Source: Candidatus Moraniibacteriota bacterium (GTDB taxonomy: Bacteria > Patescibacteriota > Minisyncoccia > Moranbacterales > GCA-2747515). Taken from it: DNA of 61,448 bases. Location: assembly GCA_947311515.1 (NCBI GenBank), contig CAMZLB010000025.1:1-61448 (forward strand). Direction: 5' to 3'. Made by a program: the position numbers and the translations under genes. The notes beneath the pieces are model-generated. The model made no database searches and was not told where the DNA came from. It saw only the letters and a program-made list of their open reading frames with translations. Below are positions 35,801-44,396 of the stretch, in pieces (the first letter of the stretch is position 1; the number at the start of each line of letters is the position of its first letter).

Positions 35801-36462
35801 TCCGCAAAAATATTTCTAATATCCTCATCTTTCTCATAGCCAAAAGCACGAAGTAACGTTGTAATAGGTATTTTTCTTTTTCTATCTATTTTAACAGTTA
35901 TAACACCGTCTCTATCCATATCCAACTCCAACCATGCCCCACGGTTTGGTATAATCTTTGCTCCAAACAACTTCTTACCTTTTTGGTAATTCATTGAGAA
36001 AAATACACCTGGACTCCTTACAAGCTGCGATATAATAACACGCTCAATTCCATTTATTACAAAAGTACCTCTATCAGTTATGAGAGGGAAATCTCCTAAA
36101 TATATCTCTTGTTCTCTAACTTCACCAGTCTTTTTGATTGTTAGTCTAGCTATAGCTCTAAGAGGTGCTTCATAAGAACGGTTCTTATTTTTTGAAATTT
36201 GTTCATTATACTTTGTCTCTTCTAAAAAATAATCAGAAATAGTTAATTCTAAATCTTTACCTGTAAAATCCGATATCGGATTAAACTCATCCAACAATTC
36301 TTGAAAACCATGTTCCAAGAACCAGTTATAAGAATTTATTTGTGCTTCAATTAAATTTGGCAATGAAACTGCAAGCTGTTTTTTGAAAAATTTTCGTTTT
36401 GCTAACGAAGATGTTGAAGAAAAGTTCTCCCTCACCTTTAAAGTTCTCGTTTTTTTGGACAT
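32818..36462 (-). CDS. rpoB: DNA-directed RNA polymerase subunit beta, with an acidic repeat-containing C-terminal extension
   Basis: Conserved blocks such as GEMEVWALEGYGAA and NMQRQAV. Start taken at the ATG at 36462 (MSKKTRTLK). The track start at 36480 is a TTG. Confidence 0.97.
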   Translation of the reverse strand: MSKKTRTLKVRENFSSTSSLAKRKFFKKQLAVSLPNLIEAQINSYNWFLEHGFQELLDEFNPISDFTGKDLELTISDYFLEETKYNEQISKNKNRSYEAPLRAIARLTIKKTGEVREQEIYLGDFPLITDRGTFVINGIERVIISQLVRSPGVFFSMNYQKGKKLFGAKIIPNRGAWLELDMDRDGVITVKIDRKRKIPITTLLRAFGYEKDEDIRNIFAETKIDEVDYIQNTLDKDITKTAGEAYIEIYKRIRPGDLATEDNAKGMIDTMFFNFDRYDFGAVGRYRLNQRLEVDKDDIPENRVLTMDDFIMIIKELIRMSDDPEAMADDIDHLGNRRIRGVGELIQNKIRVGFARMGRNIKDRMSTCDLENVVPGQIINSRPVAASIKEFFSSSQLSQFMDQINPLAELEHKRRLSALGPGGLTRERAGFEVRDVHHSHYGRICPVETPEGPNIGLVGHLASYAIVNEFGFLETPYFIVKQEVKNEEKELVGRMLQEELAGVKKRVIISKEDAKKIAKEKSDTISVVPFIDDEIVYVSATEEDRKISVHAGINLDENRNIVDEFVDARMHGHPDMVLATKVDFMDVSPKQAISIATSLIPFLEHDDANRALMGSNMQRQAVSCVKPDSPIVGTGIEDKAAADSGQAVMARQSGTVIEVDGGHIIVEEEARKGTKKKFKREYLLHTFTRSNAFTAMNQVPRVSVGEKINKGQLLADGSGTQNGELALGQNMLVAFIPWEGYNFEDAIILSERILQDDKYTSIHIENFTVDVRDTKLGPEIVTRDIPNVGEDKLKNLDETGIVRIGAEVGSGDILVGKITPKGETDLTPEERLLRAIFGEKSRDVKDASLHIQHGEPGKVIDIKIFSREQGDKLQTGVLQQIQVSVAKMKRISVGDKLAGRHGNKGVISRIAPIEDMPYLPDGTPVDVILNPLGVASRMNIGQILETHLGWAGLTLGYKAASPALDGVSEEDIKKELKKAGLPESGKIQLIDGKTGQAFDNDSTVGVMYILKLHHLVSDKLHMRSIGPYSLITQQPLGGKAQFGGQRFGEMEVWALEGYGAAHVLQEMLTIKSDDVVGRSKAYEAIIKGGEIKSPNIPASFRVLMHELKGLCLDIELVGEGRLRIDNDIANIELVEGDDDSNDIQKSENVHKEDDSNDIQKSENVQKEVDSYENEKKETKQIKKMTKDIKKETEEAKEIVETKEMDELEKEIESK
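32971..33051 (-). repeat. Two tandem 45-bp repeats inside the rpoB 3' extension
   Basis: AACATTTTCTGATTTTTGAATATCATTGGAATCATC... occurs twice, encoding DDSNDIQKSENV(H/Q)KE x2. Confidence 0.85.
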
Positions 36463-36663
36463 AAAAAGACGTCCCACCAAAAACCGCCCAGCTATTTTTA
36501 TTGATTCTTCTTATTAGCGTGGACTATCTTCCAGTGGAATTATATGGATTATTTATCAAATTGTTCGAAAAATACATAAAATACACGTTCTACTGACATA
36601 CCAATTCCTGCTACCTTCAGGTAAAGAAAGTCATATAAAATTAATTATTTTTCAATACTATTT

Positions 36664-36692
36664 ACTATATAGCACTTCTGATAATTTGTCAA
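36664..36692 (-). promoter_or_regulatory. Candidate sigma70 promoter for rpoB-rpoC
   Basis: On the minus strand: TTGACA (36692..36687), a 17-nt spacer, then TATAGT (36669..36664), about 200 nt upstream of the rpoB ATG. Confidence 0.45.
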
Positions 36693-37124
36693 TAGCTATA
36701 TCTAAATTTGTTAATTGTCAATGTAAATGACTTTAATTATATAAAAATTGTTTCCTATTTAACTATAACAAAGACAAGGATAAATAGAAAAACAAGGTAA
36801 AATTTGATATATTTTAGACAAAACTATAAAAAGTAAACTGCCGAAGACTTGTAAAAAATAAAACTCAGCGGTTTATTCTGTGTATACTATACAATATTTA
36901 TAAAATACGTAAAAAATTAATCATAGATTCTATCTAATAGGTTATCTGTGTATAGCTAAAGAGTAATAAATAGTAGAAAAAAACATCTTACTACAAATTA
37001 AATAAAACCAGTCTCTTCTGAAACAGATTTTTAGACTTTATAATTAATTTATAAAGTTTAGAGAGGTTCTAAGAAGACTTTCTTTAATTGACTACCTGAT
37101 TTTATATTGCTATTATTTAATTAT

Positions 37125-38036
37125 ATGAAAACACTTCACTTGGATAAAAATGGATTAATTACAATAAAACACTTCACAAGGAGTTCTTTTTGTGCATTAT
37201 TTAAAGACATCAATACACGTGATTTACGACCTGTTTTTTCTACTATGCAGGTTTCCACTATACTTCCTAGAGACACAGTACTTATCATTAATTTAGGTTT
37301 TATAAAATGCGTAATAACACCCAAATCAGTCTATTTTACAATACATAATAACAGTGATGAAGTGGAAGCAATTATAAAAAAAATTCAAATTAAATTACAA
37401 AATAAAAATGAAGATTTATTCGTTCTTACGATCCTAGAAGCTTTATTTGACGCTAAAATTTCACAATTAAAAATAAAGGTATCCGATGCAGAAAAAAGAG
37501 TTAATATTATACTTAAAAAAATTAGAACTAAATTTCATGAATCTGATTTAGAAAAATTATTAATTCTCAAAAAACACCTTTCCCGACTAGAAACTAGAAA
37601 TAAAGAAATTTTATCAGCGACAGAAGAAGTACTAGATGATAAGGAAGACTTTGACCAAATCTTATCATTAACAAATAATGATCAAGTCTCTGGCGATGAA
37701 CTAGAATCCATTTTTGATAACTTCTTAGAACAATTGGAAAATACAGATGGTATAATATTTGGATTAGAAGAAAGTATCGAGGACAATGAAGAGTTTGTAA
37801 ACCTTACTCTTAATGTAAGAAGAACGTCCTTCATTCAACTTAATTTGATGGCAACCTTATTTACACTGATTCTATCACTCTTAGCTGTAATTGTAGGTCT
37901 CTACGGTGTAAATTTAAAAAATGGTTTAGAGAATAATTTAAATGCCTTTCATACTCTTTCATCTATTCTTTTTGCTATTTTTATCATTCTAACTATTGCA
38001 TTATTTATCTATCTCAAAAAGAAAAATTTATTTTAA
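37125..38036 (+). CDS. CorA-superfamily Mg2+ transporter of the Mrs2/Alr1-like type (G-V-N variant of GMN)
   Basis: Two C-terminal TM helices flank LYGVNLKNG. The N-terminal strings RDLRPVFS...ILPRDTVLIINLGFIKCVIT resemble eukaryote-type Mrs2. Confidence 0.65.
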   Translation: MKTLHLDKNGLITIKHFTRSSFCALFKDINTRDLRPVFSTMQVSTILPRDTVLIINLGFIKCVITPKSVYFTIHNNSDEVEAIIKKIQIKLQNKNEDLFVLTILEALFDAKISQLKIKVSDAEKRVNIILKKIRTKFHESDLEKLLILKKHLSRLETRNKEILSATEEVLDDKEDFDQILSLTNNDQVSGDELESIFDNFLEQLENTDGIIFGLEESIEDNEEFVNLTLNVRRTSFIQLNLMATLFTLILSLLAVIVGLYGVNLKNGLENNLNAFHTLSSILFAIFIILTIALFIYLKKKNLF

Positions 38037-38069
38037 ATAAAAGACTACTATATTATAGTAGTCTTATTG

Positions 38070-39314
38070 TTATTTTGGAGCTCTCCAAGCCTCCAATGTA
38101 GTAACACCCTTTTCTAGAGGTAGTGCATTCTTTCTATACCTATAAAAAAATTTTATTTTATTAGTATCTCCTCCTTTAAAGTATTGTACTACTTCTTCGT
38201 ATTTTTTCATATATCTAGGTAGCTCATAAAAAACTATTTTAGGACTTGTGTCCAAGCTACAATATGTCTGAGCGTATTTCTTATTTATTGAATAAATATA
38301 TGCTCCATTTCTGAATTTACATTCATAAACTGGCACAGAACCTTTTGCACTCTTTCTGAGTCCATAAAATGCAAACTTACCACCACTACTCTTTTTAGAG
38401 CTATATCTACTATTTCCCCCTTCAATAGAAACATAAATTTTTATTATATCTCTCTTTCTAAATTTTTTATTAACACTTACCCTTTTTTTTAAATCAAGAG
38501 CCTTACCTACAAGTGCCTTAACCAATGGTCTTCTAGTATGTTCTTTAATATTTGATTTACTACCTTTTTTTCGAAATTTCTTTTTCAACTTCTTTTTTTT
38601 TCGAAATTTCTTTTTCAACTTATTTTTTTTTCGAAATTTCTTTTTCAACTTATTTTTTTTTCGAAGTTTCTTTTTCAACTTATTTTTTTTTCGAAGTTTC
38701 TTTTTCAACTTCTTTTTGGTAACTTTTTTATTTATAGGATAATTTGAGCCGTTGCTCATTATTTTACTTGTATCCAAATGATGATTATCAGCTGCATTAC
38801 TATACTCACTGTAACTATTTTTGTTTTTGTGTACTGAAATATTATTATTAATAATATCTCTAACCAACACTATTTGAGAGAGCTTTTTATTTAGTTCTTT
38901 AATTTTTTTGGAGTTAATATCCATTATAACTCCAAATAATTCTACTCGATAAGTCTCTACGTATAACACTTTCTCAGGAAGACAGATACTAAGCATACTC
39001 TTGCCATATCCATTTGTCCATTTAACTGCCTTTATACTAGGCATTTTATCCAGAATCTCTGAAAACTCTGAACTAGCAAAGACCTTAAACTTGCCATTAC
39101 CACCCATATTTGAAATATCAAAGTCTAGTGAGTGGTTACACGAATCTAATTGTGCATTTTTTGAGATTGGCCTAATTGCTGCAGCTGTACTATTTATCTT
39201 AAAAACTCTTTCAAGATAAATGAATTTTTGATTTGATGAAGGGTTTTTTATAACACAACCATTCAAAAAAAACATCAGGCTTACTATTGTGAACAAAGTA
39301 TACTTATTTACCAC
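38070..39314 (-). CDS. Predicted lipoprotein with a central poly-Lys/Arg tandem-repeat tract
   Basis: Lipobox FFLNGC near the N-terminus (GTG start). Central tract is KKKLRKKNKLKKKLRKKNKLKKKFRKKNKLKKKFRKKKKLKKKFRKK. No recognisable family. Confidence 0.55.
   Translation of the reverse strand: MVNKYTLFTIVSLMFFLNGCVIKNPSSNQKFIYLERVFKINSTAAAIRPISKNAQLDSCNHSLDFDISNMGGNGKFKVFASSEFSEILDKMPSIKAVKWTNGYGKSMLSICLPEKVLYVETYRVELFGVIMDINSKKIKELNKKLSQIVLVRDIINNNISVHKNKNSYSEYSNAADNHHLDTSKIMSNGSNYPINKKVTKKKLKKKLRKKNKLKKKLRKKNKLKKKFRKKNKLKKKFRKKKKLKKKFRKKGSKSNIKEHTRRPLVKALVGKALDLKKRVSVNKKFRKRDIIKIYVSIEGGNSRYSSKKSSGGKFAFYGLRKSAKGSVPVYECKFRNGAYIYSINKKYAQTYCSLDTSPKIVFYELPRYMKKYEEVVQYFKGGDTNKIKFFYRYRKNALPLEKGVTTLEAWRAPK
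38571..38720 (-). repeat. Five tandem 30-bp repeats (coding, 10-aa K/R-rich unit)
   Basis: Unit TCGAA(A/G)TTTCTTTTTCAACTT(A/C)TTTTTTTT read five times in head-to-tail order. Confidence 0.9.
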
Positions 39315-39427
39315 AATAAATCCTTTTTTTTAAAGTGCATATCTGTAAATTTACAAATATAGTGGACCACCTATATCTAACAACACAGACAATCCACATG
39401 TATTTAAAAATTAACATTTAGCACTAT

Positions 39428-40297
39428 CTAAAATTTTGCTATAAAAAAATCTTTATATTCTTTTTTAAAAATACTATTTACAAATTCCAATTCTTCTTCA
39501 GATTTAAAGATTCCAAAAGTTGTAGGTCCTTTTCCTGATATAGACGTTGACATCGCACCAAATGATTCCATTGCATTTTTTATTTCTTCTATCTTACAAC
39601 TTTTTTTCATAGCTGTCAAGGAAAAATCATTATATACATACTTAGCAACATCTTCAGAACTTTTTGCATCATTTTTCATAGTTAGTGCAATTTTTTTTCT
39701 CCTATTATCATTCATAAACCATTGAAGTTTATCTAATTGTTTATATGCCCATAGTGTACTAATTTCCACATTTGGAAAAACTACCAAAATATTTAATTTT
39801 GGAAAACCCTCTATAGTTATAACCTCTTCTCCTGCACCACTCACATAAGAAGCTATTGAATTATTCAAAAAAAATGGTATATCTTTTCCTATTTCTGAAG
39901 CAATCTCAACTAATTCTTTCTTAGATAATAAATTATTATAAAAATTATTAAGGACCAATAGAACACTAGCCCCATTTGAACTACCTCCTCCAAGTCCTGC
40001 AAGTGGCGGAATTCTCTTTTTTATATCAATAGTTATACCAACTTTTTTTCCAATTTTTTCAAAATATCTCTCAGCTATCATCCAGCATATATTTTTATTA
40101 TTAGTTGGAATACTTTTATCATCACATATAATATTTATTTTATCATTATCATGAGAAAACTCTATACAAATTTCATCATATAAATTTTTTGATTTTACAA
40201 ATACTGAATTAATTTCATGAAAACCATTTTTATATTTTTTAACAACTTCTAAGCATAGATTCAATTTTGCTGGAGATTTTATCTGAATATTTTTCAT
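39428..40297 (-). CDS. ispE: 4-diphosphocytidyl-2-C-methyl-D-erythritol kinase
   Basis: SPAKLNLCLEV N-terminus and GHMP motif PPLAGLGGGSSNGA. Confidence 0.85.
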   Translation of the reverse strand: MKNIQIKSPAKLNLCLEVVKKYKNGFHEINSVFVKSKNLYDEICIEFSHDNDKINIICDDKSIPTNNKNICWMIAERYFEKIGKKVGITIDIKKRIPPLAGLGGGSSNGASVLLVLNNFYNNLLSKKELVEIASEIGKDIPFFLNNSIASYVSGAGEEVITIEGFPKLNILVVFPNVEISTLWAYKQLDKLQWFMNDNRRKKIALTMKNDAKSSEDVAKYVYNDFSLTAMKKSCKIEEIKNAMESFGAMSTSISGKGPTTFGIFKSEEELEFVNSIFKKEYKDFFIAKF

Positions 40298-40312
40298 AAG
40301 ACAACAATTGTA

Positions 40313-40795
40313 CTATTTTTTTATAATACTAACAATTACAAAAACTTGAACTCCTTCTCCTCTTCCGAACGAAGTCATCCCTTCTCCTGTTGTAGCATTT
40401 ATTCCTATATTTTTTATATCTGTTTCCAATATTGGAGCTAAACATTTTTTCATTTTATCTTCAATCGGAAGAATTTTTGGGACTTTTGCTTCAATAGATA
40501 TTCCTATATTATTTATAATATACTTTGCTTCTTTCATGTGATTTACTGCAATTTTTAAGTATTCCTTACTATCTACAATTCCATTTTTGCACATATCATC
40601 TGCATAAGTAGAAAAATTTTTTCTACCCAAAGACTGCTCAATAGCTGCACATATTGCATGAACTACAACATCACCATCTGATAATCCTTTTAATCCTCTA
40701 GTTCCACAACTGGTTTCAATTCCACCCAAAACACATCTTTTACCATCTACAAAAGGATGTGAATCCTGTCCGATTCCTACTCTAATCATAAACAT
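40313..40795 (-). CDS. ispF: 2-C-methyl-D-erythritol 2,4-cyclodiphosphate synthase
   Basis: GIGQDSHPF and SDGDVVVHA motifs, ~160 aa. Confidence 0.9.
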   Translation of the reverse strand: MFMIRVGIGQDSHPFVDGKRCVLGGIETSCGTRGLKGLSDGDVVVHAICAAIEQSLGRKNFSTYADDMCKNGIVDSKEYLKIAVNHMKEAKYIINNIGISIEAKVPKILPIEDKMKKCLAPILETDIKNIGINATTGEGMTSFGRGEGVQVFVIVSIIKK

Positions 40796-40803
40796 TTTGT
40801 AAA

Positions 40804-41505
40804 TTATTTTTTTCTATTTAATATAACCTTTGCTAATTCCAAATCAATCGGAGTTGTTATCTTAAAATTATTATCTGACGCTTCTACTATCTTAACATTT
40901 TTTCCATAATTTTCAACAATTGAACAATCATCAGTACCCTCAAAGCCACTTTGAAACGCATATTCAAAAGATTCTTTTGCTAAATCCAATTGTATAGCTT
41001 GAGGTGTTTGCATATTCCACAATCCACTCCTATCAATAACTCCTTTTGAAAATTTGTTTTCATCAACCTTCCGTATAGTATCCTTTGTTTTATGAGCTAC
41101 TGCAGCTGCACCATTATTTTTTGAACCTGTTATGACATTTTTTATTTCCTCAGAAGCTATAAATGGATTGGCACCATTATGAAATATAAGTGTGGCGTTT
41201 TTGATATCCTTATATTTTTTATACACAAATTTAACACCCTCGTAAGCTGATTGTTGCCTAGTATTTATACCACCAATAATTATACTAGAAATTTTTTTAA
41301 ATTTATATTTATCTATAATTTCTTGCATATATTTAATCTCATTTTTTTTAGAGACTATGACAATTTCATCTACATATTCAGATAACTCGAAACTTCGTAT
41401 TGCATAAGTGATAAGTGGCTTATTGTCTAATTCTAAAAATATTTTATTTTTACCAGCTTTCATCCTACTCCCAATTCCAGATGCTAAAATCAACACTACA
41501 TTCAT
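40804..41505 (-). CDS. ispD: 2-C-methyl-D-erythritol 4-phosphate cytidylyltransferase
   Basis: ILASGIGSRM N-terminal motif, 233 aa, adjacent to ispF and ispE. Confidence 0.85.
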   Translation of the reverse strand: MNVVLILASGIGSRMKAGKNKIFLELDNKPLITYAIRSFELSEYVDEIVIVSKKNEIKYMQEIIDKYKFKKISSIIIGGINTRQQSAYEGVKFVYKKYKDIKNATLIFHNGANPFIASEEIKNVITGSKNNGAAAVAHKTKDTIRKVDENKFSKGVIDRSGLWNMQTPQAIQLDLAKESFEYAFQSGFEGTDDCSIVENYGKNVKIVEASDNNFKITTPIDLELAKVILNRKK

Positions 41506-41579
41506 AAGAAATTTTACTAATTATAAATATATTGTACAATACTTTCATCGTAATCTCCAATAAAATTTAAAATAGCTAT

Positions 41580-42344
41580 CTAAAGTTCCTCAGACCTATT
41601 TTTTGCGGAAGTTATAACCTCACTTAAAGATTGACTAATCTTATTTTTTTTAAATGTTTTCAGTCCTGCTTCAGTTGTGCCTCCCTTGCTAGTTATCTTT
41701 TTTATAAGTTCTTCTATACTATTATCATAACAATTTTTTTCTAAATATTTTTTAGTTCCTGATAGTAAGTTTATTATCATTTCATTTACTTTATCCTCAC
41801 TTACCCCCAACTCCTCAGTTCTAAATTTAAATGTATCCAAAACTTCGAGTATAAATGCTGGGCCACTTCCATAAAGTGCTGTAAACAAATCAAAATCTTC
41901 CTCATTAATTTCAGCTATAACTCCCATTTTTTTTATTTCTGTCTTTACATTATGTACAATTTCATTATCACAATTTGCACAAAAAGCAGTAACAGATTCA
42001 CCATATTCAATAGCAAGATTCGGCATTACACGTACAATACTAACATCATTATTCAAATAACTTTCTATAAAACTTATTTTTTTTCCTGCAATTATAGATA
42101 CAATCAATTTATTTTCAAAATTTTCATTTGCAAGCTTTGTAAGTATTTCTGGTATAATCTGTGGTTTAACGCATAACCATATTACATCAGAAAATTCCAC
42201 TAATTCATTTATAGAACTAACTAATTCTATATCTTTATATTTACTACTTTTGGATATATACTTAAAATTATTTTTTTTATTTTTTTTAAGACCTTTATGA
42301 ATTGCCTTTGCCATATTTCCAAATCCTATAAAACCATGTTTCAT
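41580..42344 (-). CDS. proC: Pyrroline-5-carboxylate reductase
   Basis: GFIGFGNMAKAI Rossmann motif and KGGTTEAGL C-terminal signature. Confidence 0.85.
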   Translation of the reverse strand: MKHGFIGFGNMAKAIHKGLKKNKKNNFKYISKSSKYKDIELVSSINELVEFSDVIWLCVKPQIIPEILTKLANENFENKLIVSIIAGKKISFIESYLNNDVSIVRVMPNLAIEYGESVTAFCANCDNEIVHNVKTEIKKMGVIAEINEEDFDLFTALYGSGPAFILEVLDTFKFRTEELGVSEDKVNEMIINLLSGTKKYLEKNCYDNSIEELIKKITSKGGTTEAGLKTFKKNKISQSLSEVITSAKNRSEEL

Positions 42345-42346
42345 AA

Positions 42347-43117
42347 TTATATTTTAAACTTTGTAAATTTAATCTTTCCAACAAGTGCATCATTCAAAAA
42401 ATTATCTTTTCCACCATTTACAATCCAAGTTTCTATGTTTTTATCTCTACAAATTTCCATAGCTTCAATTTTTGATGTCATGCCTCCAGTTCCTAAATCT
42501 GACTCAATATCCTCTACAAACTGAGTCAAGTTGTCTAATTTTGTGATATTCTCTATGAGCCTTGCATCATTATTTGTATTTGGATTACTATCAAAAAGTC
42601 CGTCAATGTCCGAAGCAATTACTAGCAAGTCTGCATCAACCACACTAGCTACAAGTGCTGACAATTTATCATTATCTCCAAGTATTATTTCTTCTATTGC
42701 TATAGTATCATTCTCATTCACAATTGGGATATAATTAAATTCCAATAGTTTATTTAACGTATTTCTAGAGTTAACTTTTGCCGTTTTATCCAAAAATTCC
42801 CTATTTGTCATAAGACATTGAGCAATATTTAATCCAAAGTTTTCAAAAATTTTCTCAAAAATACCAAATAATTTAGGCTGACCAATTGCAGACATTGCTT
42901 GCTTTGAATCAACCTTATTATCATATCCTTTAATATTTACAAACTGTTTTGCTGTTGCTATTGCTCCTGATGATACAATTATTATGTCGCATATATCATT
43001 AAGTTTAGAAATTTGTCTTGCTATATCTTCAATTTTTCCATAAGAAATCCTATTACCTCCTTTTGTGAGGGTAGAAGTACCTATTTTTAATACTATTTTT
43101 TTCTTCATATTTTTCAT
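42347..43117 (-). CDS. proB: Glutamate 5-kinase (short form without PUA domain)
   Basis: KIGTSTLT N-terminus, amino-acid kinase fold strings (IIVSSGAIA, GDNDKLSALVA), 256 aa. Confidence 0.85.
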   Translation of the reverse strand: MKNMKKKIVLKIGTSTLTKGGNRISYGKIEDIARQISKLNDICDIIIVSSGAIATAKQFVNIKGYDNKVDSKQAMSAIGQPKLFGIFEKIFENFGLNIAQCLMTNREFLDKTAKVNSRNTLNKLLEFNYIPIVNENDTIAIEEIILGDNDKLSALVASVVDADLLVIASDIDGLFDSNPNTNNDARLIENITKLDNLTQFVEDIESDLGTGGMTSKIEAMEICRDKNIETWIVNGGKDNFLNDALVGKIKFTKFKI

Positions 43118-44305
43118 TTAACTCCTTATTTGTCCATTTCCCGATATATACCATTTATTAGTAACTAACTGATTAAGTCCTATAGGGCCTCTAAAGTGGA
43201 GCTTTTGCGTACTTATTGCAATTTCTGCTCCAAATCCCCATTGACCTCCATCAGTAAATCTAGTTGAAACATTGTGATAAACTGCTGCACAATCAACTAT
43301 ATCTTGAAACATTTTTGCATTATTCATATCAGATGAGATAATAGTTGCAGAATGTCCTCCTGAGTATTTATTTATAATCTCAGCTGCATTTTTTACATCG
43401 GAAGCTAAAGATAAATAAATTTTAGCAGATAAAAATTCTTCTCCTAAAATTTCATCTTCCATTACAAATTTAACTCTCCTATCCATATCACAAACCTTCT
43501 GACTACCTATAACCTCTATTTTATTCTTTATTAATTCTTCTATAAGAGTTTTTAACTTTGATTCTAAATCGTCCATTTTTTCATCCAATAAAACCTTGTC
43601 AAGTGCATTACATACACTTATTCTAGACTTTCCATTTAATATAATCTTAGTTGCCATATCAAAATTTGCAAATCTATCTACAAACAAAAAGTTATTTCCT
43701 CTTCCACTTACAAGCATTGGTAAATCTGTATTTTTTTTCACAAAATTTATAAGACCTGCTCCTCCTCTCGGTATGATCAAATCTACATTTTCCATATTTT
43801 GTTTTATCATTTCCTGAAATTCTTTTCTACTTAAATCAAGATATTTTACAATTCCTGTATCCAACCCAACACTTTCAAGAGATTCTTTCCATAAATCTAC
43901 TAAAATTTTATTAGAATATCTTGCCTCACTTCCTCCTTTTAAAAGAACTTTATTTCCTGCTTTAAATGCAAGAATCGAAGCTTCTATCGTCACATCAGGT
44001 CTTGATTCATATATTATCAAAATATTTCCAAATGCAACGGATGTATTTTTTACCACCATTTTATTATCATGCACATATTCATATAAAATTTTTCCCTCAG
44101 GATCTTCAAATGTAATAGTTTTTTCCACTGACTCAATCATTCCGTCAATTTTATCCTCATTTATTTTCAACCTATCTAACAAAGACTCACTAATATTTTC
44201 ACAATTTTCAATATCTTTTTTATTTTTATTTATTATTTCTTTCTTGTTTTCTTGAAGTAACCTTGCTAAATTTTTTAACACTTTATTTTTTTTGCTAGTT
44301 TTCAT
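43118..44305 (-). CDS. proA: Gamma-glutamyl phosphate reductase
   Basis: Aldehyde dehydrogenase-like, with the catalytic Cys context SVCNALDKVLL and C-terminal GPIGLNQLVTNKW. Abuts proB with no gap. Confidence 0.85.
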   Translation of the reverse strand: MKTSKKNKVLKNLARLLQENKKEIINKNKKDIENCENISESLLDRLKINEDKIDGMIESVEKTITFEDPEGKILYEYVHDNKMVVKNTSVAFGNILIIYESRPDVTIEASILAFKAGNKVLLKGGSEARYSNKILVDLWKESLESVGLDTGIVKYLDLSRKEFQEMIKQNMENVDLIIPRGGAGLINFVKKNTDLPMLVSGRGNNFLFVDRFANFDMATKIILNGKSRISVCNALDKVLLDEKMDDLESKLKTLIEELIKNKIEVIGSQKVCDMDRRVKFVMEDEILGEEFLSAKIYLSLASDVKNAAEIINKYSGGHSATIISSDMNNAKMFQDIVDCAAVYHNVSTRFTDGGQWGFGAEIAISTQKLHFRGPIGLNQLVTNKWYISGNGQIRS

Positions 44306-44330
44306 ACATCTCTAATTAATTTATTTATAA

Positions 44331-44375
44331 TAAAAAATCTACCTCACACACTGTTAACTCAGGGGTGAAAGTAGA
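44331..44375 (-). terminator. Candidate terminator between gdh and proA
   Basis: Minus strand: CTACT-T(T)CAC ... GTGA-GGTAG imperfect stem followed by ATTTTTT. Confidence 0.35.
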
Positions 44376-44396
44376 TTAATTTGAAAGCTCAACTAT

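Noticed and set aside
36481-37106. Searched the 625-bp region upstream of rpoB for rplJ/rplL remnants or an L10-leader-like structure.
   Set aside because: There is no ORF with L10 or L12 character in any frame, and no convincing conserved structure by eye. Only a promoter-like TTGACA-17-TATAGT and short hairpins (for example CCTG-AAGGTAG-CAGG) are present.
38571-38720. Regular 30-bp direct repeats that could be mistaken for a CRISPR array.
   Set aside because: The repeats are directly abutting with no spacers. They lie inside a continuous ORF (10-aa K/R-rich units), and no cas genes are present. No CRISPR array was seen anywhere in the window.
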